DNA of 64,000 bases from Ignavibacteriota bacterium (GTDB lineage: Bacteria > Bacteroidota > Ignavibacteria > UBA10030): NCBI GenBank assembly GCA_963701295.1, contig OY969585.1, positions 2,912,001 through 2,976,000 on the forward strand. Reading direction: 5' to 3'. This document shows, piece by piece, positions 40,806-49,463 of this stretch; the first letter of the stretch is position 1, and each line of letters starts with the position of its first letter. The notes under the pieces are model-generated. The model ran no database searches, was not told the origin of the DNA, and saw nothing but the letters and a program-made list of their open reading frames with translations. The translations under genes and the position numbers were made by a program.

Positions 40806-41762
40806 TTATTTCTTTTTACCGACGAAGTAGAGATCATCCCAAAGTATATTTTCTCCTTCGAATATCATCGAATTTGCTTGAATCCTTTTATAAACCACCT
40901 CAAAGTTTTCTTGTAGATATTTTTCAATGACTTTTCTATCTACTCTTAACGGATGCGCTGCATCATAGCTGTTTTTCGCGGTGTTTCGAATTTGTTCATG
41001 GTCATAATATTTATCTTCAAAAACAAAATATCCATCCTTATGAATTATCTTAAGTATGTTTTGAAACACTAATTCTACATCATAACAATGTTCTATAACA
41101 TTAATCATGGTTATTAAATCATAGCGATTGCTCAAGGGAATTGTTTCTGCTGCACTATTTATAAGTTCCTTTATTTTAGTTTTCCTTGAGAGTATGCGCA
41201 AATATAATCGAAATGCGAAAGGAAATATTTTTCTTATGACTTTTCCTAAAAGTGGAACATATTCAGAGAAAAGATATTTATCACTATAAAAACAAAAGGG
41301 ATGTTTTAGATACTCATAAATTAACGGATCTAAAAGTGAACAATTTGTCACTTTGCATAGACCAGCTATAATTCTTGAATTTGTAAATGGTCCACATCCT
41401 ATTTCCAACATAGAACGAAAAGTCCTATTTTTAATTACTTTGTATTTATCGAATTGTTCAAAATGATAGTCATTTCTATCGTTTGCGCTTCTAATTCCTT
41501 TTTTTAGCCAATGATTCTTTTCACATTCCTGCGCTTTTTCCCATCTTTCTGCCGTAACCTTGACAATTCCTTTGTCTTTACTTAAATATTTAGCATCGTT
41601 TTCTTTGCGCAGAGCTTCTATCGCTTTCTCACCAGTAAAAACATTTATTTCTTTATCAATAAAAACCGGTTTCGCCATAGATATTATTTTTATAATACTT
41701 TGCTCGGTATAAAACAATCCCACATTAGATAATAACGCAACAAGTGAATTTAAGTTTGTCAC
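40806..41762 (-). CDS. Class I SAM-dependent methyltransferase (start probably near 41678, MAKP)
   Basis: MLEIGCGPF, INVIEHC. Confidence 0.8.
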   Translation of the reverse strand: MTNLNSLVALLSNVGLFYTEQSIIKIISMAKPVFIDKEINVFTGEKAIEALRKENDAKYLSKDKGIVKVTAERWEKAQECEKNHWLKKGIRSANDRNDYHFEQFDKYKVIKNRTFRSMLEIGCGPFTNSRIIAGLCKVTNCSLLDPLIYEYLKHPFCFYSDKYLFSEYVPLLGKVIRKIFPFAFRLYLRILSRKTKIKELINSAAETIPLSNRYDLITMINVIEHCYDVELVFQNILKIIHKDGYFVFEDKYYDHEQIRNTAKNSYDAAHPLRVDRKVIEKYLQENFEVVYKRIQANSMIFEGENILWDDLYFVGKKK

Positions 41763-41858
41763 ATATTCTATTACAATGCAGCGTTCATTAAAATTACATT
41801 TACATAAAGTAGCTACTAATTTCTAAATGAATAACATTAACTGAGACTTCCATCTATC

Positions 41859-41900
41859 GGTTTACCGTTCACTTTCTATTGTTCATTGTTTACTCTTCAT
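41859..41900 (-). repeat. Heptamer array, 6 units
   Basis: Plus strand ggtttac cgttcac tttctat tgttcat tgtttac tcttcat. Confidence 0.7.
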
Positions 41901-41903
41901 CTT

Positions 41904-42089
41904 TTTAATTGTCTCACCTGATTATACTAAGCAATAATATTTTTCCCCTATTTATATTCAATAATACGAGTAGCTTCCAGAACCAACAAATGCCAGCATC
42001 ATCGATACCAGGACAATAATCGATCTTTTGGCATTTCTTTTTTTGCAGCTGCACGTCCGTTATCAAAAACATTTATGATCTTTGTCATG
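41904..42089 (-). pseudogene. Decayed duplicate of the wzz 3' end
   Basis: Reads TKIINVFDNGRAAAKKEMPK/SIIVLVSMMLAFVGSGSY/RIIEYK*GKNI versus wzz TPIISVMDYARAAASKERPKRRVIVLVSMMLAFIGSCGYRIIEQKYGKNI; frameshifts and stops. Confidence 0.88.
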
Positions 42090-42154
42090 AAGTCTATGAG
42101 ACAAAATGTATGGAAATTCTATGTGTTTTCAAAAGGATGCCGCGTAAATAATAA

Positions 42155-42217
42155 GTGAAGAGGAAATAGTGAAGAGAAAACAGTGAAGAGTAAATGGAAA
42201 AGAGTAAAGAGTGAAAA
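42155..42217 (+). repeat. Heptamer array, 9 units (GTGAAGA)
   Basis: gtgaaga ggaaata gtgaaga gaaaaca gtgaaga gtaaatg gaaaaga gtaaaga gtgaaaa. Confidence 0.85.
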
Positions 42218-42343
42218 AAGCTGATATTTTCACAGTGGTAGTCGGTAATGCTTTCTCGTGCTTCATTCCTTTCAGTCGAATAGAGGCTGCTGTCTGCAAG
42301 GAAAGTTTTCTTTCGTTCTACTATTCTAAAATAATTGTTATGA

Positions 42344-42475
42344 CTATAAAGTTTGGATAGGAAGTGCAATAAGGTTCTTCTCAAAAGCGACAGTCTCTTG
42401 ACCTGAATAAAGCACGATTCCTCAAATAAACTTACTCCCTCGTTCCTCCGAGAGTAACCGCATAGCTTTGAATGA
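42344..42475 (-). pseudogene. C-terminal remnant of an AAA+/DUF4143-type ATPase
   Basis: Translates SFKAMRLLSEERGSKFI*GIVLYSGQETVAFEKNLIALPIQTL*, resembling (from memory) the family C-terminus F.GL..L....G..F.RG.VLY.G.....F...L.A.P...LW. Confidence 0.6.
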
Positions 42476-42649
42476 CGCTCCATCATGTATTGGACGATTA
42501 TCGTCCATCATACGGTGGAATATACGGTATAGGGTTTATGTAATTTTAATCTTCTGCTTTAAATTTACATCGTAAAAGAATCATATTCATTTAGCCATCG
42601 AATGAATAAACTCTCCACTACGACCAAAAACCTATCCCTGACGGACTAA

Positions 42650-43084
42650 TCATCCATCGTCCTTTTTGTCTAATTGATAAAACGCTAAGATTGCTGTATA
42701 GAAAACCTCCAAATCCTGCAAACGATCACTGAGTATATTTTTTAAAATATCGAGATTGATGGCCTGGTATTCATGCACAACAATATTTCGGAACCCTGCC
42801 ATATGTTCCAAACGGATAGAGAGATCGCCGCTCATAATTCCTTGAAGATGGAGTATATGAAAGTGCTCCTTTAAATCTCGTGGTAATCCGAACCCACCTG
42901 CAGCAATCACATGTGCAGCAAGATCCAGCGCAGCTTGTATTGCACGCTGTAAATTTAAAATAAAAATATCCTGCTTGTCGATATTTTCTAATGCCGCAGG
43001 TTCCAAACCGGTTACATCTCTGATCCGCTGCAGGCAGCGCTGGATAATGGCAACTTTGCCGTACACGATATCCGCATCAAGCAT
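42650..43084 (-). CDS. HEPN (DUF86) RNase toxin, HepT-like
   Basis: 'LNLQRAIQAALDLAAH', 'GFRNIVVHEY' (RX4HXY). Confidence 0.9.
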   Translation of the reverse strand: MLDADIVYGKVAIIQRCLQRIRDVTGLEPAALENIDKQDIFILNLQRAIQAALDLAAHVIAAGGFGLPRDLKEHFHILHLQGIMSGDLSIRLEHMAGFRNIVVHEYQAINLDILKNILSDRLQDLEVFYTAILAFYQLDKKDDG

Positions 43085-43499
43085 AGATTCGCCCATGTAA
43101 GATGCCCTCTTCTATCGGCTTCCGGATTTGCTTGAGGTCACAATAAGCACCAAGTGTTTGTACGATAAACTTCTGAAGACTCCGTTCATCTCTCACAAAA
43201 AGAAGCTTTCCGAAGCGTAAAACCTGCATCTGGATGATTGGATCTGCCTTCTGCAGCAAAAGCAAATCAATCTCTTCTATTTCCACGCATTCGCGAATAG
43301 ATTGCAAAAGTCGCAACTGCGTTTTGTATACACCGATTTCGGCTTGTGCCGGTAAGAGCACAGCAACATCAATGTCTTCAGGCGCATCGTATGTTAAAAA
43401 AGACCCGAAAACGTACAATGCAAGAATTTCTCTATGGCGTTCTCCAAATACCTTGAGACGGCTATATACTTCCTGTTTTTGTCCATCATTAAAAACCAT
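43077..43499 (-). CDS. Minimal nucleotidyltransferase antitoxin, MntA-like
   Basis: 'LYVFGSF...EDIDVAV', 'EIDLLLL', 'VLRFGKLLF'; overlaps the HEPN start. Confidence 0.88.
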   Translation of the reverse strand: MVFNDGQKQEVYSRLKVFGERHREILALYVFGSFLTYDAPEDIDVAVLLPAQAEIGVYKTQLRLLQSIRECVEIEEIDLLLLQKADPIIQMQVLRFGKLLFVRDERSLQKFIVQTLGAYCDLKQIRKPIEEGILHGRIYA

Positions 43500-43643
43500 A
43501 CTCTATTCGCCACATCCATTGAACATCGCTTGAACAACAGAGAAAATATAATCAAATTTACAGAAAGATTCATACAAAAACTTATAGACACAAAGCGATC
43601 ACCCCTGTCCTTCGCAAGTTCCTTCTATGACTATTGGGAGAGC

Positions 43644-43692
43644 GAATGATGAATTGCGATTGAAGAAACGAGAATGTTGAATAAAGAACTGC
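43644..43692 (+). repeat. Heptamer array of a different type, 7 units GAANNNN
   Basis: gaatgat gaattgc gattgaa gaaacga gaatgtt gaataaa gaactgc. Confidence 0.65.
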
Positions 43693-43724
43693 GCAATTTC
43701 TTAGACATTGACGGTTAGATAAAC

Positions 43725-43782
43725 TCCCAACTACGAACTAATAAACTATGCACAAAGCACTACGCACTAAAACACTAAGAAC
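43725..43782 (-). repeat. Heptamer array, about 8 units, beginning at the wzz stop
   Basis: Plus strand tcccaac tacgaac taataaac tatgcac aaagcac tacgcac taaaacac taagaac. Confidence 0.8.
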
Positions 43783-44804
43783 TATAATCTTCTAAATATT
43801 CCATACCATCCTTGAATATTCTTCCCATACTTTTGCTCAATAATACGATATCCGCAAGAACCAATAAACGCCAGCATCATCGATACGAGAACAATGACTC
43901 TTCGTTTTGGCCTTTCTTTACTTGCAGCCGCACGGGCATAATCCATGACACTAATGATGGGAGTAGTCCGAATCTCTTCGATCTTGACAAGTTCATATTG
44001 CTTCTTTAATTCCACATACATCGTAGAATTGATTTGCATTTCCCGCATCAGCCGCTCCTGATCGAGAAGCAGCTGCGGCGAGCCGCTGATCGATCTATTC
44101 TTTTCACGAAAATCCTTGAGTGCATTTTCCGCTTTTGAAAGGTCTTCCTTCACTTCCACCAGCCGCGCTTCGATCCATTTCCTCTGTTCCGAGGCATTGG
44201 TGTTTCTCTTTGTCCGGATAAATTTATCCGCTGCACGAATTGTGGTATTTAGGATGTCTGCCGATAACTGAGGCTCTGCTGTTTCAATGGACATCGTCAA
44301 CACCGCTGTTTTAAGATCCAGAGCAACATCCAATCCATTACGAAGATTCAGCAGTGCAACTTCATACTCCCGTTCTGGATTCTTTTCCTTAATCTTCCAG
44401 TATTGAATGAGGTCGACAGAATCAGGATATTCTTTCGTTTGGTACTTTGTAAGGATGACCGCTTTTAACACCGATTCGCTTTTCAGAATTATTGGATACA
44501 ATTTTACAATCGATCCTTCTCCGCCAACATTGACACCCGCCATAGCTGCAAGGTCCGTCAAGCCTCCGCCTAACGATCCAAGCTTAGATTTATCCGTATC
44601 CGGCAAGAGCACCGCTGTCGATTTGAAAGATTCCGGCAAGAGCAAACTAATAATTATTGCCAATACTGTTACGGCACCGGTAACAATTCCAATAAACTTT
44701 CTGGATTGCCACAGAAGCGAAAGGATATTCATCCAATCGATTCGGGATTCACCCTCCGTGAGTTGATTGGAAGATTCGTCGGTATTTTGAGATGGAGTTT
44801 TCAA
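43782..44804 (-). CDS. wzz: Wzz/GumC-type polysaccharide co-polymerase (chain-length determinant)
   Basis: Two terminal TMs, 'LLLPESFKSTAVLLP', coiled coil, 'VMDYARAAASKERPKRRVIV'; no kinase domain. Confidence 0.9.
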   Translation of the reverse strand: MKTPSQNTDESSNQLTEGESRIDWMNILSLLWQSRKFIGIVTGAVTVLAIIISLLLPESFKSTAVLLPDTDKSKLGSLGGGLTDLAAMAGVNVGGEGSIVKLYPIILKSESVLKAVILTKYQTKEYPDSVDLIQYWKIKEKNPEREYEVALLNLRNGLDVALDLKTAVLTMSIETAEPQLSADILNTTIRAADKFIRTKRNTNASEQRKWIEARLVEVKEDLSKAENALKDFREKNRSISGSPQLLLDQERLMREMQINSTMYVELKKQYELVKIEEIRTTPIISVMDYARAAASKERPKRRVIVLVSMMLAFIGSCGYRIIEQKYGKNIQGWYGIFRRL

Positions 44805-44805
44805 T

Positions 44806-44855
44806 GTTAATCAGTGGTTAGTTATATGTGATAAGTAATTGGTTATTAGTGATAA
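44806..44855 (+). repeat. Heptamer array, 7 units (GTGATAA)
   Basis: gttaatca gtggtta gttatat gtgataa gtaattg gttatta gtgataa. Confidence 0.8.
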
Positions 44856-44856
44856 A

Positions 44857-45228
44857 TTATAAGTCGTTTTTGCTAATGCTTCTGATAAGACCGCTTAAAA
44901 GCCGCTCCACTTCAGACAATCGTTCATTTGCAATGATATTTGTCTCCTCATGAATGAAATCCAATCTGTGAGATATTTCAATCTGCGCGTCAATTTCGCT
45001 GAGTGAACCTTGTGCCATATTTAAGAAATGAATTTTATCTTTTCTCGTTCTTCGCGTCAATCCTTCTGAAATATTAGAGGGAACAGAAACGGCTGCACGC
45101 CGCAGTTGAGACTTCAGTCCAAATTCTTCTTCGCGCGGAAATTGTTTTGTAATTTCATACAAGTACACGACAAGATCAATTGCCTTCGACCATAATTGTA
45201 ACTTCTTATGCGGTTTTTGCCTTTCCAC
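44857..45228 (-). CDS. Four-helix-bundle protein (23S rRNA IVP/Avd-like), intact
   Basis: '[48 protein letters not shown]...[18 protein letters not shown]'. Confidence 0.92.
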   Translation of the reverse strand: MERQKPHKKLQLWSKAIDLVVYLYEITKQFPREEEFGLKSQLRRAAVSVPSNISEGLTRRTRKDKIHFLNMAQGSLSEIDAQIEISHRLDFIHEETNIIANERLSEVERLLSGLIRSISKNDL

Positions 45229-45235
45229 TTAAATC

Positions 45236-45326
45236 TTCCTACTTATCATTTCTAACTTATCACCTATTACTTATCACTTATCACTTCTAACTTATCACTT
45301 CTTGCTTATCACCTATTACTTATCAT
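45236..45326 (-). repeat. Heptamer array, 13 units (TTATCAC), inverted relative to 44806-44855
   Basis: ttcctac ttatcat ttctaac ttatcac ctattac ttatcac ttatcac ttctaac ttatcac ttcttgc ttatcac ctattac ttatcat; overlaps the stop at 45323. Confidence 0.95.
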
Positions 45327-47728
45327 TTTGTGACTTGTACAATCGCGATCATCATCGTAGCAATGCTGACCATAATTGTCGCCCAATCTCGAAGAATAGG
45401 CAATGTCTTGCTTTCTCTCTCAATCTTCTTTGGGACAAATACCGTGCTTCCGCCAAGTATTTCCGGATTGGGGAAAATAAACCATCCCTCTTCCCACTTT
45501 TTACCGTTGGGTAATGTGACAAAAATTCTATCGTCATCGGCTTCATCTTTCAAGCCGCCCGCCTGTTCCAAATAATAGCTGAGACTTGCTCCTTTTTTAT
45601 AGACAACCGCCGCCGGCACAAACACTTCACCGCGCACCATAATAACTTCCTGCTGAAAAGAGATTGTAATAGAATCACCTGCGAGTAATTTAAGATTCTC
45701 TGAGGATTCAGTATCCTGAAGAGCTTTTTTGAAATCGATAGGCACCAAGCCGGCATTGTTCCATTTTCGGATCAGTGTCGATCCTTCCACATATGCCCCC
45801 AGCCGCAAACCGCCTGCCCGTTTAATGATGCTGGAAAGTTTTTCACCTTCATTTTGTAGTGCATACGCTCCTGGGTACAAAACATATCCTCTTACCCAAA
45901 CGACCCTTTCCCTATTGTATTTAGGATTTGAGGGAACCATCAGATGATCGAAATCTTTCAGAAAGCCGATTTGTGCCCAATGGTCTGCCCAGTAGTCTTC
46001 AGGTGCGTTAAACTTCGTAATGGTGCTCAGATACCCGACCTTTGTCGTATCCATCCTTGCTAATTCCCATGACTTAAGAGACGCTTCTTCTGTGAGTCCG
46101 CCAGCCACGACGACAAGGTCTGAGATTGTCATACTATCGTACCGCGTGTAGGTGCCGGGATTCCTTACCGCGCCGCCTACACTGACAGTATGTTCCGGAA
46201 AAAATTGGCTTTCTTTATAGACGACGAGAGAATCTTCATTTTTTAATTCAATATTGTTAAGTGAATCCTCGCTCAGCGCAAGCCGCGGATTGAACGAAAT
46301 GACTTCCCGGCGAAGGTTTGGCTGCATGCGAAAGAGTGTTGCGCGCTCGGAAAATGTGTTGCGCTCAAGGCTGTCTGCCGAAAGAAGAAGGTCTTTTATA
46401 TGCATACCCGGCTGTAACTCAAACACACCGGGTTTCTTAACATTTCCCCGAATCGTTACCCGATTCTGCGGCAGCAATCCCACTTGAAAGATTGTTATAA
46501 TATCGCCGTCCTTCATCACGGTATTGCTTGTTTCAAGGTCCTGCCGGGAATTAAAACGCAGATCAAAGTCTAAAAAGTTTTTCGCATAGTTTTTCCGGTC
46601 TTCAAACGGGATCAGGCGCTCAATATGAATTCGGTCGGCATAGGCATCGAATCGTAAACCGCCGGCATACTTTAATAATTCACCAAGATTCTCGGATTCG
46701 TTCAATTCGTAGAGAGCAGGCCTTAAAATCCATCCTGTGATGCCGACCCTGATTCCGACAGGCTTGATAAATACAATATCGCCATCTTGCAAACGAATGT
46801 CTTTTGATTTATCTGCACGCAAGGCATAGTCGTAGAAATCAAGTGTGCTGACTGCTTTTCCATTTCGGATAATTTGAATATTCCTCAGACTGCCATTGAT
46901 CGTCGGCCCGCCCGAAAGATAGAGAGCATGAAGTGCAGACGATAAAGAAGAAAGAGAATAACCGCCCGGCTTTTGTACTTCGCCTAACACAAACACCTGA
47001 ATTGTTCTCACTTTTCCGAGAGAGATATCCAAAAAGGAAGAAGCGCCATGTTCGCCGTTTTTGAGGCTTGAGTACACAGAAGTCATACGATTGAGCATCT
47101 TTTCGCGAAGCTGTGGAATTGTCATCCCGCTCGCAGGCACGGGGCCAACATCGGGAACAAGAATGCTTCCCTCTCGATTGACAGGTACTTGGTAGAACAA
47201 CTTTGTGTCGCCCCACACGGAAACTATAACTTCGTCGCCGGGCCCGAGTGCATAAGAAGGCGGTGTCGCAATATTCAGGATTGGCTCAAACGTAGAAGCA
47301 GCGAAATGAAAAATCGTGTACCCAAACGGCTGCAGATTTTCCACAGTTCTGCCGGTGAATCCTTGGACAGTGTATTCCTTCTTTTCGATAGGAATTTCGA
47401 CTTTCATTATCGGTGAAACATTTGCTGAAGAAGCCGGTACGAATGAGGATGATGCCGGAATCTGTGAAACGCCTTGACCCTGTAGTGCTCCAGGAATCGG
47501 CTGCATCTTACCTAAATATTCTTCCAGATTGATATTTAATGCAGATGCCCGATTGATAGCTTCTTCCCGAGTGATTCCCAATTCTTTGAGCTTCTGATCA
47601 ATTTCTTCCGGAGTCATGCTTTTGAGCACAGTTTCCGCTTGAGCTTTTGTCTGCGACGATGCTCGGAAAGAATAAAAGGAAGTGCCTATGAGCAATCCTG
47701 CGCATAGGAGGAACAAATATCTACTCAT
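45323..47728 (-). CDS. Polysaccharide export protein with multiple SLBB domains (Wza/KpsD-like)
   Basis: 'YALGPGDEVIVSVWG', repeated 'V.GEV.KPG.Y' SLBB units, C-terminal amphipathic helix. Confidence 0.92.
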   Translation of the reverse strand: MSRYLFLLCAGLLIGTSFYSFRASSQTKAQAETVLKSMTPEEIDQKLKELGITREEAINRASALNINLEEYLGKMQPIPGALQGQGVSQIPASSSFVPASSANVSPIMKVEIPIEKKEYTVQGFTGRTVENLQPFGYTIFHFAASTFEPILNIATPPSYALGPGDEVIVSVWGDTKLFYQVPVNREGSILVPDVGPVPASGMTIPQLREKMLNRMTSVYSSLKNGEHGASSFLDISLGKVRTIQVFVLGEVQKPGGYSLSSLSSALHALYLSGGPTINGSLRNIQIIRNGKAVSTLDFYDYALRADKSKDIRLQDGDIVFIKPVGIRVGITGWILRPALYELNESENLGELLKYAGGLRFDAYADRIHIERLIPFEDRKNYAKNFLDFDLRFNSRQDLETSNTVMKDGDIITIFQVGLLPQNRVTIRGNVKKPGVFELQPGMHIKDLLLSADSLERNTFSERATLFRMQPNLRREVISFNPRLALSEDSLNNIELKNEDSLVVYKESQFFPEHTVSVGGAVRNPGTYTRYDSMTISDLVVVAGGLTEEASLKSWELARMDTTKVGYLSTITKFNAPEDYWADHWAQIGFLKDFDHLMVPSNPKYNRERVVWVRGYVLYPGAYALQNEGEKLSSIIKRAGGLRLGAYVEGSTLIRKWNNAGLVPIDFKKALQDTESSENLKLLAGDSITISFQQEVIMVRGEVFVPAAVVYKKGASLSYYLEQAGGLKDEADDDRIFVTLPNGKKWEEGWFIFPNPEILGGSTVFVPKKIERESKTLPILRDWATIMVSIATMMIAIVQVTK

Positions 47729-47852
47729 GATGTACCCCTTCAGTATCGAATATCAGCGTATAACCTTTACAATATAATTCTTCGATCACAATAAAATTGT
47801 TTTTTTTAGTTTTACAGAATAAGAGTATCCATTATGTATTCTGTAGTGCATA

Positions 47853-48347
47853 CTACAAGCGTTCAAAAAAGGATTTCAGCAATTTCCACGTCTTGCGAAT
47901 ATCCTCGGAAATCATCTTCGTCTCAGCCACTACCGGCATAAAGTTCGTGTCGCCATTCCATCTGGGAACAAGATGGAAGTGAATGTGTTTGTCAATGCCG
48001 GCACCCGCAACCCTTCCTACATTCGCGCCAAAATTAAATCCATCCGGCGTACTGTCCTTGTGCAGCGCTTGCATGCACCGTGCAACGGTTTTCATAACTT
48101 CCAGGTTTGCCTTATCCGTCAGTTTACCCATCGATGGAGTGTGCATATAGGGCACAACCATCACATGACCGTTGTTATACGGATACCTGTTCATCACGAC
48201 AAAACATTCTTTTCCGCGCCACACGATAAGGTTTTTGGTATCATCGTGTTCCTTTGCGATTCTACAAAAGAGGCATCCCCTTGATTTCTTGCCGCCTTGA
48301 AAGGATTGTATATAGGCCGATCTCCACGGAGAAAATAGGCGCTTCAT
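47853..48347 (-). CDS. HIT-family nucleotide hydrolase
   Basis: 'LFSPWR..YI', CLFC, 'NRYPYNNGH', HIHFH triad, 'VPRWNGDTNFM'. Confidence 0.95.
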   Translation of the reverse strand: MKRLFSPWRSAYIQSFQGGKKSRGCLFCRIAKEHDDTKNLIVWRGKECFVVMNRYPYNNGHVMVVPYMHTPSMGKLTDKANLEVMKTVARCMQALHKDSTPDGFNFGANVGRVAGAGIDKHIHFHLVPRWNGDTNFMPVVAETKMISEDIRKTWKLLKSFFERL

Positions 48348-48527
48348 CTTACTACCGTCTCTTCCATGAGTGTTGAGTGCAGCAAAGTCAATGCATAGTT
48401 CATAGGCATCTCTCCACCCGACTTTTTCTTAGCAATGTATCAAACAAAGATATATCAATCAAGATGGCACAACGAGTAGGCGTATTCTCTGGAGAGCAGC
48501 ACTTTGCCACTTTTTCGACATTCTTTA

Positions 48528-49460
48528 TCATAATTCATACTCCAGATGAAGAGTAGGGACGAACTCTACGATATTTCCGTAAATCCGCCTCGATTCAATA
48601 TGGCCCTGCAATTTAATCCTATGATTTAACTTTGATGCATTCCACGCCGCCTCCAGTGCGCTCAATACATGGTTCGCAACGATGACATAGGAAACGGTAG
48701 TAGCAATAGTATAAAAACTATTTGCGTCCCCCCTCATTTTGGCGTAGGCAAGAAACTCGGGCGACACATTGCCTATTCCATTATCTCCAAGTACATCTGC
48801 TTTTGTGAACCCCGTTGCATCACTCCAGCCGCTGCCGAACTGAGAATATTTTCCGATCATTTCATAATATTGCTGGTCGCCATGCGGTGCAAGCTGGTGC
48901 GTAAAACCTGTCGGTTGAATAGCCATGTTTCCGCCTATTGCAGACTCAGCAGCATTCAATTCATTCCAGTTGACCCGTTCCCACGGTTTAAGACTCTGAT
49001 CTGGCTTGATAGAAATTGCCTCACCGAAGTTCGCATTGACCCAAGCAGCATAGGTGACCACCGACCAGTTTTCGTCTGCATAATTTTGAAAAAGGTTCGT
49101 TTGATTGTCGCCTTTCTTTTCGTATGTCGCATAGATAACCCACATCAATACTTCTGCCCCGAAGAACGCGGCACTCTGCCAGTAATTTTTCGTATACAAT
49201 TGCCCTGCACCCGGGATGACAGCGGAGAATAATCCGGCTCTCACCGGAGAGTATATTCTCTTATAGACTACTTTACTCTCTGCCACAGAACTATCTACAC
49301 TGGTCATGCCATCGTTATCCATCGACAAATCGTACTGCAAATTGCCTGTCAGGAAGCGCGCTCCGTTCTGATCTGCAGGATCAATTCTGTATTGTCCATG
49401 CATATTCATGCACAAAAGAACAAGGCCGCAGATTTCCAAAATCATCATCCGGAATTTCAT
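48528..49460 (-). CDS. Exported hypothetical protein (DUF5683-like)
   Basis: Signal peptide; 'SPVRAGLFSAVIPGAGQLY'; 'QQYYEMIGKY'. Confidence 0.55.
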   Translation of the reverse strand: MKFRMMILEICGLVLLCMNMHGQYRIDPADQNGARFLTGNLQYDLSMDNDGMTSVDSSVAESKVVYKRIYSPVRAGLFSAVIPGAGQLYTKNYWQSAAFFGAEVLMWVIYATYEKKGDNQTNLFQNYADENWSVVTYAAWVNANFGEAISIKPDQSLKPWERVNWNELNAAESAIGGNMAIQPTGFTHQLAPHGDQQYYEMIGKYSQFGSGWSDATGFTKADVLGDNGIGNVSPEFLAYAKMRGDANSFYTIATTVSYVIVANHVLSALEAAWNASKLNHRIKLQGHIESRRIYGNIVEFVPTLHLEYEL

Positions 49461-49463
49461 GTT

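Noticed and set aside
19705-45228. Diversity-generating retroelement suggested by Avd-like proteins
   Set aside because: No reverse transcriptase and no TR/VR pair with adenine-specific differences seen; the wzz duplicate differs by indels and mixed substitutions
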